Shown here piece by piece: positions 34,530 to 49,500 of a stretch of DNA of 64,000 nucleotides. The DNA lies in contig FLMG01003792.1 in assembly GCA_900088475.1 (NCBI GenBank), positions 14,501 to 78,500 on the forward strand, in the 5' to 3' direction. Position numbers and translations under genes: made by a program. Each line of letters starts with the position of its first letter. The first letter of the stretch is position 1. The notes under the pieces are model-generated. The model had not been told where the DNA came from and did not search any database. It saw nothing but the letters and a program-made list of their open reading frames with translations. This DNA is from Hyphochytrium catenoides. Its lineage: Eukaryota; Protista; Hyphochytriomycota.

Positions 34530-37500
34530 TTACTGACGGAGTCTCGCAGAGGTGTCTCCGCCGGAGAGAAGGCGTGCCATCTGATCACGATAACTTATGT
34601 CTGCATCCCCGTTCATATAGCTTAAACCCGCAGCCTGTAGGGTCTGGCAGTAGTCGGGCTTCTCGATGACGTTGAGATCTACTAGGCTCCGGCATATGGA
34701 ACTAATCCACATTGCCTTGATCGGCGTTGGCCTGAGAAGTCTCACTTCCACCTTGATCACTGACCTTGACCTCCCATTGTCCGCTAGGTTTGGCAAGCAC
34801 AACCCTTCAACCTTATTCAACAGAACGACCACGTGCTCCTCATTGAAACCAAATATCTGAGTGAGATGCAGGAGCACAGCATCATGCAGGAAGTGGAGCT
34901 GATCCCGGCTGGTCCACCATGAGTCGGAGTTATGAGCAAAAGCGAAGGCAAACTTCGTCGCGATGAATCTGGCGGGAACACTTCTTGTCTGCATCAGGCG
35001 TTTCTGGCGGATTGTATCTCCTGGTATGCACCGCGTTGCTAGCTTACTCATGGGCTGGGACCTGTATAAATAGTCATCCGGCGATTAAAGACACTTAGAA
35101 GATAACGAAACCGACATTGGAAAGACCGAGAAAATTATGACTATGGACAGACAGAAACCTTACCGGGTATAAATGAGTCGAACCACGCTGACCACTGAGC
35201 CGGAAGCTTGGTTTCCAGAGGTTTGTTGACCAGAGTCAATTCCTGGCTGCTGCGACGTCTTCCACTTGATAGGAAGAAGTTCAGACAGTCCCGGCTTGGG
35301 GCTTGAAGTGCTGCTGCTATTCATAGTACCAAGAAGGGGTGCTCTACTAGAGATAGTAGAGGGTCGTGGCTCCCACAGGAAACTAGATAAAGAATCTTCA
35401 CTATCCATCGATAGTGACTCGAGCACAAAGTCTTCCGCTACCTTGGAAGGGGCTGGCGGTAGAGGACTATGAAGAAGGTGGACAAGAAGAGTGACAGAAC
35501 TTCCACGTGTCAGATTCAGAGGCTCCGGCGTCTGGAATACCAACTCTTGGTCTCTCATAGGCAACAGACAGGAGAGGGTGAAGTTGACCCTTGCAAGGCC
35601 TTCAACGTAGATAGTTCCTGTAGCCTTGACGCAAGCGCCTCCCTCCGGTCCCCATGCAGCTGGAATGCTGACTCCTTTGAGGGTAAGGTCACGCTGAGCA
35701 CGTAACGAATAAGCGACACGACGATAGCTCCAGCTTTGAGTCAAAGAAAACGGCGTGCGGTGGTTAAATAGAGACATGGCTGACCATAAGCCATCTACAC
35801 TTTGATGTTCCCTGTTCACAAAGCAGAGACAACGTGAGCCAGTAACACAAGGATTCCATGTCGGAGGCAATTACGCTCACCTTTCAATCATCAGACTAAG
35901 TGCAGGATAGCTGCTGACTGGCTGACCAGAATCGGGGCCAAGATTCGCGGGCAAGGAGTCAAATCTTCCTTGGACGTTTAAGAAACGGGCTCCAGAAATA
36001 ATCATCTCAGGTTGCCCTTGGGTAAGGCTGGTCGTTGCGCAAAGGACATTAGAAGTTGCTGTGATGAGCGAGTACCGTCGACCAGGAACTAGGTCCCTGG
36101 ATACTCCAGGGAAGCCACAAAGTCTTCCATCTACTTTTCTAGATGGGGACAGCTGTGAGACCCTGGCCATGGTTAGAAGTATTCCGTCCTCAAAAAGGCC
36201 AACGTTGGGCTCTACTGCGTAAGGAGGGACCCAGGGAATTGCCGAGAGTCTCGTTGGTGAAAGGTATTCTTGCTGGATGCAGATACCACTAAGCTTTGCA
36301 GGTACGAAGAGATTAAAGTCTAAGGTCACATAGCCCTCGTTGCTTGAGACAGCGCAGGATGTTCCAGCAGGCAATGGGTTTGGTAGGCCCGAGTATGCTG
36401 TTCGAGGTGCTTCACTCAACATAGGGGCCTCTGGCCTCCTACGATTTAGCAGTTAAGGTGGCCATAAGTATGATGTCTTGATCAAGTAACATGAAGTGGT
36501 AAAGAGACAGCACAAAGGGCAAAACTAACCTTGTAAGGATGGGTGTCAGTGGACTTCCAGACTCTAGGTTGAGAGATGTGCCTAAAATGTCATCCTTGAA
36601 GCTTTGGGGACCAGAGAAGGTCCCAAAGGCATTGATAAAGGTGGAGTTAACTGAAGCCACTGATGCGGTAAAGCACCTATTGGATAGAACAATATAGATT
36701 GGACCTGCTTGAAGTAAGATGGGCTCCGCGAAGTATTCGGCTGCACCCTCAAGAACCTGGCTTCTATTTGAAAGCGTTAGGCTTCCTAATGTTGGGAAGA
36801 AAGTCTTATTAAAAAATCGGAGCAGGGCCAGACTGGTTGATGTCCAGTCTTCTCCAATGCGGTAAGGAGGGGCTCCAATACCCAGACCTGTCACTAATGC
36901 TTCTTGCTTGACTGTAAATGCAGTAGCGGTCCAAGCTGCGCTGCATGTAGAAGTGTTAGTTGGCGAAGGTAGCCACGAAGAGAGGAAGCCAAAGGCCCGA
37001 GGTGTGGGCTGTGGTGGCTCTAATGCGACAATATCAAATAATGGTGCAGTGATGGGGCCGCAGGATTGAGTGGCCGAATAACCGCTGACCCCTGGTGTGT
37101 TAGAGAATGTGGACGTGTTGACGGCATCGCCTGTCTGGTTACTCTCAAAAATTCTCTGGCAGGAGAACGAAGCCCACCGCAATTTCATCTGAGAGGCGGT
37201 AGGACCTGTCGCCGTCTCCCGATTCTCTACGAGTTCGAGGTACCGCATGGGCAAGACTGCAGTTAAGGAGTAGTGACTTCCGCCATTTAGTTGTGCAGAT
37301 CCACTTAGGCCGCTAAAGCGATAAGAATTTACGCGCTGGGAATCGGATGAGACATTGCTCTGGGCTAGGACTTTGCCTGTCATGGTCTCGTAGAGTCGAA
37401 GGGCTACTGATGCATCTCCCAAGCCTTCGCACAACAGGGGGCTTGCAACATCGAGAATTCCTAACCCTGTTACCGTAATGTTTGCGACTGGGACGAAGTC

Positions 37501-40500
37501 CATGCGAATCTCAGTGCTCTCTCGCACACACCGCGCCGCCGCGACCTTTGTTGGAGGTACGATATTGCCAATGATGGACTGCATCGCACTGTCACCACCA
37601 TACGGAGCAGCAATGAATGGCGTTAGTAAGATGGCTGGAGAATCATCCAGACCTCTTCGACTTACCTCTTGGGCACGAAAGAGAATACCATGGATGGCGT
37701 GCCACCGTCATTTACGCGCTTTGTTGGATCAAGCAGCTCAGCTGTGAGGTTGAAATGTGCTCGTTCTTCTGGTGTCTGTGGCAGGTTTACATAGCTATAG
37801 GAGTTCATGGTGTAGGGAGCTGAAGGACTTGCGCTAATGCCAAACGGAAGAGAGATATTAGGTAAAATAGCCCGCAAGTGGTATTGAAGTCCTCGAGTCA
37901 ACAGCTTCCTTTCGATAGGCTCCAAGAAGACCGATCTTGCGCTGTCAGCCGTAGCTGAGTATCTGCTTACGTCCGATCGAGCCAACAGCTTCGAACCCTG
38001 GAGCAGCTCCACCCTGATGCTAGAAAGATTCGTACCTGTGGGCATCATCATAATACAGAAGGCTAAGCAACGAGGTATGGTCACCTTATTCCTTGGAGTC
38101 TACTAGTATCAAAACCTACCACTTGTATTGAAAAAATACGTGGGCACACCGAGGCCGGTTAAGGTTATGTCAGAAGTCGGGGTGAATTGCATCGCTCTCG
38201 CCACAAAAACCATAGAAGCGTTCGACATCGGCAAGCCCCATCCTTGTGTGTGAGTGGTCTCTAGGAGATACTGCACGGAAAGATTGCCAAGGGGACGCTC
38301 CCTTGGGTATCTAAGATTGAAAAAGCAAAACGAGATGAGTATGGGCCCACGACTCATCGCCATCACGTTTCTTTCTCCATACCGGGTATAGATCGCCGAC
38401 ACAGGCGAGCAAGCTTGATAAGGCAATGCATTGTCCCACGATTGAGTCCAGAAGTCCCGTGGAAGACTGGTTGCCATTGAAGAAACGGCCATTCCGTACT
38501 CACGCTCATTGTTTGGTTCGATGGCTAATGGATGGAATTCTCCTAACACCGGGTCATACCTGTCTGAGCCCGCACAACTCAGTAGCACGGGCTCGTGCAT
38601 AAGAGCAGCCATGAAGTACATTTGTCCACGTCTCAGTAGAAGAGGCGACTCAAAGGAGGTTACCAGTCGGTTTCGAGTGACGTCTGACCAGTCCCCTAGG
38701 TAGACCGAAGCCAGCCGGGATCCGCTGATATAGGGTGCTGAGACCGAATAGGCCTCATAGATTCCAACGTGGTACGTCGGAGTTTGTGCCTCCATAGTAA
38801 ACGGTAGAGCCACGGCTGCACCAGTGAGTAGAACATCCTGTAGCGGCGTGAACTGGTACCCTACAATCAGGCTCCTCTCTTCATGTAACTTAGGACCACT
38901 GAATGGTACTATTGATGCAGGAGCAAGATACCCTTTAGGTTGATAATCGGGGCCGATGGCCTTGGATTTCCTGATGGTGATAGATGCGGAATGAAGTAGG
39001 AATCAGACATAAGTTATGGCGAGAAAAAATAAAAGTCGAGCTTATTATCTCTCAATAAGGTACGTACCGTGCAAACAAGAAGGTCAGTGGGACTTTGGGT
39101 GACTCAAGCACACTGCCAAGAGTAGTGGTGTTGTTATCTACACTTGAAGTCAACATTGTCACCATAGTATGTGTATAGTGTGTCACGGTGAGCTCGAAGG
39201 GCAGCACACCAGAAAGAGTGTAACGCAACCCAGGTTTAAGAGAGATTGACTGCCCCAAAGCACCATAGGCCATGTAGGAATTGGCTCCTTCATAGTCGAA
39301 TGAGAGTGAATCTGACATAGAAGGCGGAGGCTCTATCGACAACGAGAAGGAGGTCAGTAACTTCCCGGATCCTTGCTCGCTCAACTGGAGGGCGACGTTC
39401 GTCATGGCGGATTGAGTTAAGTTAGACCAACACCCTCCCGAGGGACTTGGAAGCACCGACCCAAAACTGGTGACCATTAGCTCTTGCTGCACAGTGAAGG
39501 TGAACGAATAGCTGGTCTGACGCTGATTACATAGGTGCACACTGGCAAATTTGAGGGCCGCCTCGCCAACCGGACCAGGTGCATGTCTGATAGGAGCGGA
39601 AAGGGAATCACTTCACGAGGAGACTCGATCCTGCACCGTGACATCTTAGCTTACCTTCGGAATTTTATAGTTAGGACTGGCACCTCTACTTCATCCCGCA
39701 AACCCGGACCGGGGCAGAAGCCACTCCTAGCTGTCCTATTACCAGCATACTGCAGGACGAGTTGTGGATCTAAACTAGCGGGAAGAGAGCTTGTGCCCTG
39801 ATAATATGCTATCGTGAATGCCGTGGTTTGACCACGGAATTGGGGTGACCTCTCGACATGGCGAGGCCCAGAACGGAGATATTTTCCCGGAACAGTAGCG
39901 GCCAGATAGTACGTCGTACCAGCGTGAAGAGTAAAGGTTCCTGGAAGATGGTAGTACGCATAGTCGTCGCCTTCGTGAAGAAAGGCAGCGAGTACGGACA
40001 GTCTGAAGCGGGTAGACCCTCGAAGTACCAAATTCTCATCGTAGATCCCCAGCTCCAGCCTTCCCATGTCTACGCTCGGGCTCCCCAGTTGGTGGAAGGC
40101 GTCCTCAAGAGCTTCACGCAGCAGGCCTACAGCTAACATGGATGTTGATATCTCTGGTTTGACCTGAAGCAGGGCAAGAGTATGGACTGTCTGGAGATCC
40201 TTTCGCACGACGGGGAAGAAGCCCTTTTGATCAAGGAAAAGAGGTGTTCCGACCCCCGAATAGAAAGAGTTGGACCTAGGAGAAAAGCCAGAGAAACGTA
40301 AGGGTTATTGTAAGGGTCGGCAGCGCAACTCGTCATGCCTGCTTCTAACCTGGTATACATGAAGCCAGCGCCATTCCAGAGGCCAGATATGGCCCAGGGT
40401 GCATTTCTCACAGCCGAGGTACAATTGAAGGATGTCCGCATGTCACATACAACGTCAAAGCGTATGGACTCCTCGGAGAACATTGACCATACTTGCGTTT

Positions 40501-43500
40501 GTGACATCTGTATAGTCAAAGACAGAGATGTCCGCAGAGCATACCTGCGCCCTCGGCGCAGTCGCACCGGTGGCCTCACTGACATATACCTAAAACCTCT
40601 AATCAGTTTTCCTCTTCTTGAACTAAATAACCCCTCAGCGACCACTTGATTTTGGTCATCCACCATCACTACAGCTTGAGTATCTCTAGTGTGGTTGGTA
40701 CATCCTAGGCAATTCTCCTGATTTAGATCTACCAGGCCCAGCGACGTTATAAGGATGTCTTCGTAAGGGTAAAAGTCAGTCGACATCAGCGGTCCAGCTA
40801 AGCTGTCCACCCTAATTACACTTGTATTCTGCATTGCTACTGCTTCAGTATCAAAGTCTTCATCTCTGTCGGAGGAAGACCTGACCAAGGAAAGAGCCAG
40901 TCAGAAGAATTAACGCCAAGCAACACAATTGAGCACTAGGTATCGTTTCAGACTTACCCGCCTCCGAAGGAGAGTTGTGGCACATAAGGCAGCAAGCACT
41001 GCGCGTTCCAGGTCAAAGAGGAGGTGACTGAACAAGAGGGGACAGAACATGTCCTCGACTCTCGGCGGAAGGCACTAATATTCATGCCGCGCACTCCCTC
41101 AGCTCTAACCGCGGCGTCCACCAGTTCCCAGTGTAGAGGTTTTGGGAGACCGCCTAGTTCTAGACCGCTACACCCTTCAAGGACTGAGGGGTAGCAACCA
41201 GATAGACCAAGTCGGTAATCGATCACCTTCACGTAATTGTTGCAGCCACTTGCCACATTCTGTGTAGCCAAGGTCATTGGAAGCTCAGCGGTCAGAGTAT
41301 ACGTGTATCCGGATTCCAAAAACAAGCTCCTGTTCAGGCTGAGATAATGACTGTAGGGGAACAGTGTGACGTTGACTAAGAGAGAGGGCGGTGATCCGCT
41401 CTTATAGATTGAGATTGGAATGGCAGCGGAAATGAAGTCCTGCTGCAACTTCATCGTCCTGTCTGGAGTAGGGAGAGTGTAGGAGTTGATGAACCCTTCC
41501 CGCTTAAAGTACAATCCCTGCACCTCTATTGTTCCCTTTGGTACGATAAAATCATAGCCCACTTTGCTGGTATCTACGGAAAGCAGAACCACAGACGCTG
41601 ACGCTGGAGGTGGAGCTGTTGGAGGTGGAGCCGTTGGAGGTGGGGCCCCACTGGGTGGTGGAGAAGGTTTTGACTGGGTATCATTACTGGGTGCCTCGCT
41701 GCCATAATGATTTCATAGAGGTTTTGGGCTTTATTAGCTCCTTGGCATGGGGAAATTAAAAGAAAAGCCTTTCACAAACCTGGTAGGAAGATACGTGAAT
41801 GTCATCAAAGCAGCAGGGTCCAAGGTCCAGGTCGAGTTCTCCCTTGTGTACCACATCGCGGTGCTGGAGTAAGGGTCATTCGCATACAGCCAGTGGCTAA
41901 TCCGGTGGCCGATCGTGATGTTCGGGTTGACCAGGAAAGACGCAGCCTGACGACTAGAGACATTGAAGACTGGGAGATTAGCAATTAGGAGGTATGAAGT
42001 ATTTGCCAGCAGTTGCGGCGCGGGGGGATAGTAAGCCGGTCCGCTAAAGCCACTAGTCCCGGGATAAGTGTTGAACGAGTTGTAGGCGTTTGTCTCAGCC
42101 CTTCGAAATCTGCCTCCAGCCGCCTCTACTATCGGATCAACTACCTCAACCACAGCGCGCGCAACTTCATAACCATATAAAGCATTATAGATGGCAATAG
42201 TCACGGGCCCATCCCAGCCTGAGGTTAATCCGGACGAACAATTATTCCATTGTGGCTCAACCACACCCAGCCCAGTGAGGGTCATATTCAAGCTTGGCCT
42301 GAACTCGTATCCCAACAAGACTCTACCCGGCTCTAGAGGTGCTCCGCTGATGGGTTTATTTCCTATGCTGGAGCTGGAAGGGCAAGAGTCCAGTAGCAAT
42401 TGGCCCATACGTCCAGCTGGAGTTCCCGATGGTTCTCCTGAGGGCCTGCAGAAGGGCAAGGGGACTTTACTTTGAACTACAGATCTTTGATGTATCGTAT
42501 TGAAAGATGACAGGTTTACCTCACGATAACCATGCTAACCGCAGAGAGATTTTCTCTAGCTAGCAATAGTTCGGCATCCCCTTTTATTGGCCACCAAGAG
42601 GGAATTTCAGCACTGTCAAGGCTTGAAGTCGTGTTAACTCTCGGCAGGGAGAAGAGAGTAGCATTGCCGACCCCCACAAGACTTGCTAAGGTTGACGTAT
42701 TTATCTCTCCTGCCGGTCCCAAGACCCCTCCATTGGAGATGTTTGCGAAAGTTGTTTGCCTGCGTCTCACAAAGGGAAGCAGAGCTAGAACGCCATAACG
42801 GCCTCCCGCTGGGAGAACCATCCCTGAGGGGAGGCCTCCCACATGCTGCATTTCCATGATCGCTGACCATCCACCTACCACGATGGATGCGAGAAGAGTC
42901 ATGTTGCCACTATCCGTAAGGTTATAGACTCCAATTTTCCCATAGAGCTCACGAGCATTTGCTAAATAGGTTCCATTTCCAACGCAAATGTCACCTGAAG
43001 CTCTGTATAGTCCGAAACCCTTAAGGAAAACAGTGCTTTCGGTTGAAAAAGTGAAGCCAGAATAGACACCGGAGTGGACCTTGATGTGGCAGATATCAGG
43101 ATTCCATCCAGTAGGGTTAGAAAGTGGGAATACGCTGCCGCTGCTCACCATTTTCGTGGTCGGTACCCTACAATAAGCCACAAGATTTGCGAAGTTAGTA
43201 GGACTTACAGCGGATGCAGACGAGGACGGAAAGGGCGCTAAGCTAAGCTCGGTACCTGTAGTAGAGGAAGTCTAGGAGACCCTTTATAGATTCATTTCTG
43301 CAAAATGATGCGAGACACGGCTGAAGGTTGAGGTTATACAATGTGTAGGGTAGACCATAATTGGCAGGTCCAGAGGACCCTAAGTCCTCGTAGCTATTTC
43401 GTGATGGGAAAGAGAAGAAAGACGACTCAATCTGTATAACGTCATCAGGACTCATCGTTGATGGAGGTTGCCCATTGCCATTTGATCTTGATGTGTTCAC

Positions 43501-46500
43501 GAAGTACGGAAGTCTGCCTACAATTGTATACCGCTCCCCTTTTCGCAGAATCATAGAGTTCTCAAATCTTAGGGAAGAGTAAATCGTCCCGCCCAACTCC
43601 TGCAGTCTGCGGCCGCTCCCCGGCCCCACGCGAGCGGAGTTTAGAAGATAGCCACGAGCATCGTAAATGCCCAATATACTTGACCATCGGGCACTGTAGA
43701 CCAGCTCTTCCGATTCCGTAGCGTCATACAGTCCCCTATCATTACCATTTATCACGTTGGTGATATTCTCTTCGTCACAAACCCCAGTCCATGCTACGGG
43801 GCTAGCAACGCCCATTGCGGCAATGTAAATATCAGCACGAACTGTGAAGGAGAAACCCGTTTCGACTGACTCCGCAACTCCACAGGAATCAAACGTTGGC
43901 AAAGGCTGGAATGGTTTGGCAAATGAGTACTCATAGCCCCTGTTGAAGGTGCGAATGAGAGGCAGGAGAGCGTTACGTTGATAGTTCAGTCGGGGATTGA
44001 TAAAAACAAGGCCACCGCTTTACACCTAGACCTATGCGTGATTGGATACACTTACCTCGCATATAAAATGTCAACGATTGGTAGCCAGGAGCCTTCCGAG
44101 TGCCAATAGTCAGATCCCGTTCCTGAAACTATCTGAGTAGCCGGCACTGGTGGGAGAGTCCAGGGGAGATCGTCCCCAGGAAGAAATCCCGTGGCTGGAG
44201 TGCGGAACTTGGAGAGTACGGTTAATCTCTCGTTCCAATTGGAACTTGCACTTCCTACAATTTCATAAGAGACCAGGGCAGTGACCGCATATCTTCTTCC
44301 CGGGTAGAGCGTAGTGGGTCCTTGGTCAAGGATACTGTAAGCAGCTCCCTCTGACATGTACTCCGGTCTAGCTGATGAAGCTGATCTATGAAAAATTTTG
44401 GTGGAACCAAGAAGGAGCCCTGAAGTCATATCATAAATGCCGACGGGTACCGCACTCTCCAACGGTAAAGCTCTCTCGCTACCATATACTGTTACTGGAC
44501 TCAGGACTCCTACAGCCGTAATCACCGTGGGCACGCGGACCGCTACTTCAAGGCCAACGAAGGAGCTGATAATAGGGTCTACTGTTCCATATACTGGGCT
44601 GCCTGAATAGTAGCTGATCAACGACTCACCCTCAACCGAACCAGTTGCTGGCCTGTATATAATACGAAGCGGTAGAAATGAGGAAAAAACTATGGGCGTC
44701 AGAGCGTGACAGAGATGCTGTGTCACTCCAATACTGGTACTTACCGCGTGTACAGGAAAGAGCTTGGGATGCTGATGCCTGCACTACCAAGTCCTTCTGA
44801 ACTGTTTCCACTTAAGAATTCACCCTGCCCTTCAGTGTTATTCCCAACATTTACCGATCTCGTAGCCCAGCCGTGAAGAAGGCGGCCTAATCTGAACCCC
44901 GCTCCCAAGAACGCAGGTGCCATTCTTATAGGAGCCGCAGAAAATGTGTCATACGGAGCCTCCACAACGATGGCATATTCAGTGTCTGGCCTCATTTGTA
45001 CCGGCGGCAGTACAGCCTCGTATAGGTAGCTGTCCTGATAGTGACTACCTGCTGTCACGGAGACAGAATGGACCATGATATTCCGCTGAACCTCCCATAC
45101 CGAGACTACAACTTGAGGGCTTAGCGAGTGTGGTGGAAAGAAATATTCTGAGGCTCCAAGAGCAGTCAGAAGAATACTTCTAGTTGGCCAGAACGTGATT
45201 CCGCTCGTATTCAACAAGGGTAAGTTCGAAGGTTCTTGACCAGCAATTATCACTGCATTTTCCCCCGCCACTGCAGTGCGCAACCTACGCGGAGGACGTC
45301 GGCAAACTAAGAAAGCACCAACGCACAATCAACTGTTGTTGTGTTTCACACGTACCTGTCAACAAACAACCTCGGCCTGTGGGAATAGTAAAGAGCACTT
45401 TCCGATCCGTCGATAGTAGTGTTAACGGTGTCATGAAGAGGTGGCTGACATGTTCCATTGACGCTCATGTCCATGCAAACGCCAGTTAGGCTCATGTTGA
45501 TGTGCGCCACCAGACGGGTCCACCACCACTCCAGATTGCCTTCGCCGCTCAACGGCTGGTAATACTCGGACTTAGCCAATGGCCAGGGCAAGGCTTCGCC
45601 AGAAATGTTCGGCGATGTGGTAGCGAGACCACCCAAATCCACACCAAACCTGTATCCGGACACTATGACGCTCTCTAGATTGGGGTTGGACGTACTTTCA
45701 GCCGTTAGGAGGACCATGGGCAACCGGACAAGCACACTATAACTCTTCCCTGGCGTAAGCACAATCGGAGGCTCTACTCTTGCGTGAGACTTGTAAGGCG
45801 CCAAAGTGATATTTGCAAGTGATGCTCCCGTCATCGTCTCGTAAAGCCAGAGAGTCAGAGGGCTGGACTGGAAGGTAGACTGCAGTAATGAAAGGTCAAC
45901 AGAAGTGTTTGAGTCTGGACTTGCACCATAATGAGAGATCACGTGACTGATTGTCCTGTTGAATTCAAGACCAAAGAGCTTCCAAGGACCGGATCCCCAT
46001 ACGGTGAAGTCGTAACCAGCAACATTTGGAACCGACGCAGCATAGAAAACTGGCTGTTGGATGACGGGTCTGGGTAGATCAGGAAAAGGTGTTGGTATGC
46101 CGCCTGTCGTCCCATTTGTACTTGATTGGTTGTCAACCTGCTGCCATTGGCTGTGAAGTAGATTATTAGAGCATTCACGCAGTATATTGCTTCTAAAAAC
46201 TACTAAAACGTTACCTTGGTAGCGGTGGAAGGTACGAGAAGCTTAGCAGCCGAGCGGGATCCAAACAGAAGTCATTCACGCTGTAGCTGGCGTTGACGTC
46301 CTGCGGATGCCAGACATAGCGGGACGCGTAGAAGGAGTCATAGCCTACGCTAAAGGGCCCACTCGATAACCGAGACCCGACGGTGATATTACTTCCAACA
46401 AATAGGTTGGAGGACTCATATGCGCAGCTACCGGGATAGAAGGCAGTCGCTGGGACGTTTGCCACTAAAGAGTAAATTCTGTTTGGCTGCAGGACCACTC

Positions 46501-49500
46501 CACTGCCACTCATAGTGTTGTTAACGTTGTACGGCCAGGAAAGAGTAGAGGGCATGATCGGATGAAATCTAGCTCCAGATACATCGCTAAGACGGGGGCT
46601 AAAGGTCTCAATATCAAAATCTAGAATACGTCCTGCATACTTGTCAAAGAGACCGACCCGAATGGGCTCGCCCCAGCCCCTCGCGCCATTGAGAGTAGCC
46701 TCTGACGTGGCATTATCCCCACATGTCCAGAGAGGCTCCGCTATTCCAAGGCCTGTTACATTTAATGATGTGGAGAGAGTGAATTCGTAGCCGATGATGA
46801 CTCTGCCAGACGCGTTTCTGGTGTCGGGATTGCAGGAGTGCAACACGACGTCTGGTAGGAGCACCGCAAGCTGCCCTGGTGGCGCAGTGTACACCCTGAT
46901 AGGCGTGGAAGGATAGGAATAACGAAAGGCGTCCAGTAAGAGGTTTATGCCTGCGCTTTCAATTTCATTGCTTACCTTGAGAATAATATTGATACACTAG
47001 GTAGTAGTGGTCCTGGCGTGGTGCTTGGCGTGGACCATAGCCAGGGCGGAAGAGAATGGCCCCACTTCATGAAGTTTTCAGGAGCGATATAATCGTTGTG
47101 GGACCATCCTGAGAAGAGGAGCGAGCCAGAATTCCACCATGAGCCCCATGAAGAATAAGATGCTCCTTGATAGCTCGAGTTCGGTCGCGATATATTCGAA
47201 TACGCGCGGGCAAAAGGCAGAACTGCAGCCACTCCGTAACTTCCTCCCTCTGGTAGTAGAATAGGGGTTTCAAGGCCCCCAGCTTGCTGCATGCCATTTA
47301 TGTCCGAAGACCATGGACCGATCATCATGCTCGCAATCAGGTACGGACTCGTTGGATCAGTGAGGTTGTATAGCCCTAAGTTAGTAAGCACGTTCCTGGT
47401 GTTCAATGTAGTATGGTTTCCAAGGCGACAAACTTCGTTGTAAGGCGGCAGCGCCACACCAAAGCCTTTTATGAAGACCGCCGCCGATGTCGAGAAAGTA
47501 AAGGCCGAGTATGAACCGTTCTGGGCTCTGATGTGACAGATGTCGCTGCTGCTGCGATAAAGGCTCGGCAGGAGTTCGCTAGAGTAAACTCGGGAACTGG
47601 GTTGTATTCTGCCGCAGGACAAAGACAAAGAGTCTGTGAGTGCGATCGATAGGAACTTTTACGGGTGGTTTACCAACAAACTGAAGAGATACCTTATGAG
47701 CATCATATTCAGCAAGCCGCGTGCTGCGCTAGTGGTACAGTTTCCAGGACTGTCAGAGCAGGACATAGTAGTATGGTTGATGTTTAGGTATTCCAAGCGG
47801 TCAGGAAGTCTGTGTTCGCCTCTTATGAGATCGGAACCGTCGGAGACTCTTTGTTCAAAAGCTCTTCCGATGGTAAGGACAGGCAGCCCTCCGGAAGCAT
47901 CGTCAGACAGTTCAACGGCCGCGGTTGCAAGTCTCGTTAACCTGAAGGGTAGGACTCCGACGAGGGTATACTTTTGCCCTTTTAGGAGAGTAAGAGAAGA
48001 CGGGATGGACGATGATGTCGAAGCACGAAGAACAGTTATACTACCGAAATAGGACACGCTACTACTCATGCTGGCCTGGGCCGCGGACGGATCATGTTCG
48101 TAAGCAAGATCGGTCGGGCCAACCACCGCGGACGCCAGCAAAGTTCCACCGTCGTCATAAAGACCCATTATGCTTGACCACTTGACGTTCCATAGAAGAC
48201 CTTCCTTGTCATCGATGCATGGATTGCTAATAATCTCGTCTTTGGTTGGAATGTGAGTTCCCATCTCAGTAAGTGCAAAGTCAGCAGTAGGGACAAAAGA
48301 AAACCCAGTCAATGTCTCTTCCGGAACGTAACAGGCATTAGCCATCTTTGGGCTGAAGTAGGGCCTGGCAAGTGTGTCCACGGCAACTTCAAAGCTGGAA
48401 GTGCTACAAGAATAGAAAGAGGATGTGAGTAGTGAAGTGACCCCACATCTACGTTTCGGGGTTACGTGATCATGATTGTTCCAAGCGCTCTCTAATTTGC
48501 GTACCTGGAAAACAAGAAGTCCACCAGTGGAACCGTTCGTGACATGGAGGGATCATCGTAGTTGTATAGACTACTCGATGCTAGGACTGGAGCAGTCTGG
48601 GGTAAGGCATGCCCAGGTCCGAACCCTGATGGTGCCGCTCCGTAGAGCCTTGATACAACTATAAGTCTTTCGTTATAGTTGGAGTAGACGTAGCCCTCGA
48701 CCACATAGGAGACAAGTGCCAAGATAGCATAGCGTCTTCCCGGAAGCAACGTTATTGGTCCATCCTCTATGACGTTGTAGACTGCTGCACCAGAGGACTG
48801 GCTTGGACTGGCAGAGCCAGAAGATCGATGAAAAACGTTCGTTGAGCCCAGGAGGCTACCGGCGGTTAGGTCATAGACGGCCACGGGTACAGCAGACTCC
48901 AAGGGTCCGGATCCTTCTCCGTAGGTGGTCCACGGACTAACTATTCCCAACGCAGTCACCGACGTCATGACTTGCGGAGAGACCTCGATGCCCGTGAAGA
49001 AGCATGCAGCTTGTTGAAGCTGAGGGTGGAGGCCGCCTGGTCCGCTAGAGTAGGTGCTATACCAGAGGGGAGATTTTCCGCTAAGTGTTCCAGCAGCCGA
49101 CCTGTCAAACCCAAAAGAGAATTGTCAGTGCAAGAGATTGCCCAACCACCTACCAAAATAACTCATAATGGAATAGATTCTACCTCGTATATAGAACAGA
49201 CATAGTTGGAGCCTCGACTGGTGTTGCCCAAATGTAGCCCTGATCCCATGCTGGAAATGGGCTAGCAATGGGTCCCAAATAATCAAAGCTGGACTCCATT
49301 CCCCACCCTCCTGACATAAACTTTGGTACATTCGTGTATGACGTGTTCATGATAACCGCATACTCCGCGCCGGCCATGAGCTGAATGGCGGGCAAGACAG
49401 CTGCATACCGGAATCGGTCAATGGCAGCATTGGCGAAGTTAACCGTCACATTGGCAAGCAGAATGCCACCTTGTTGTTGAGCATAGAGTGAGACCGTGGC

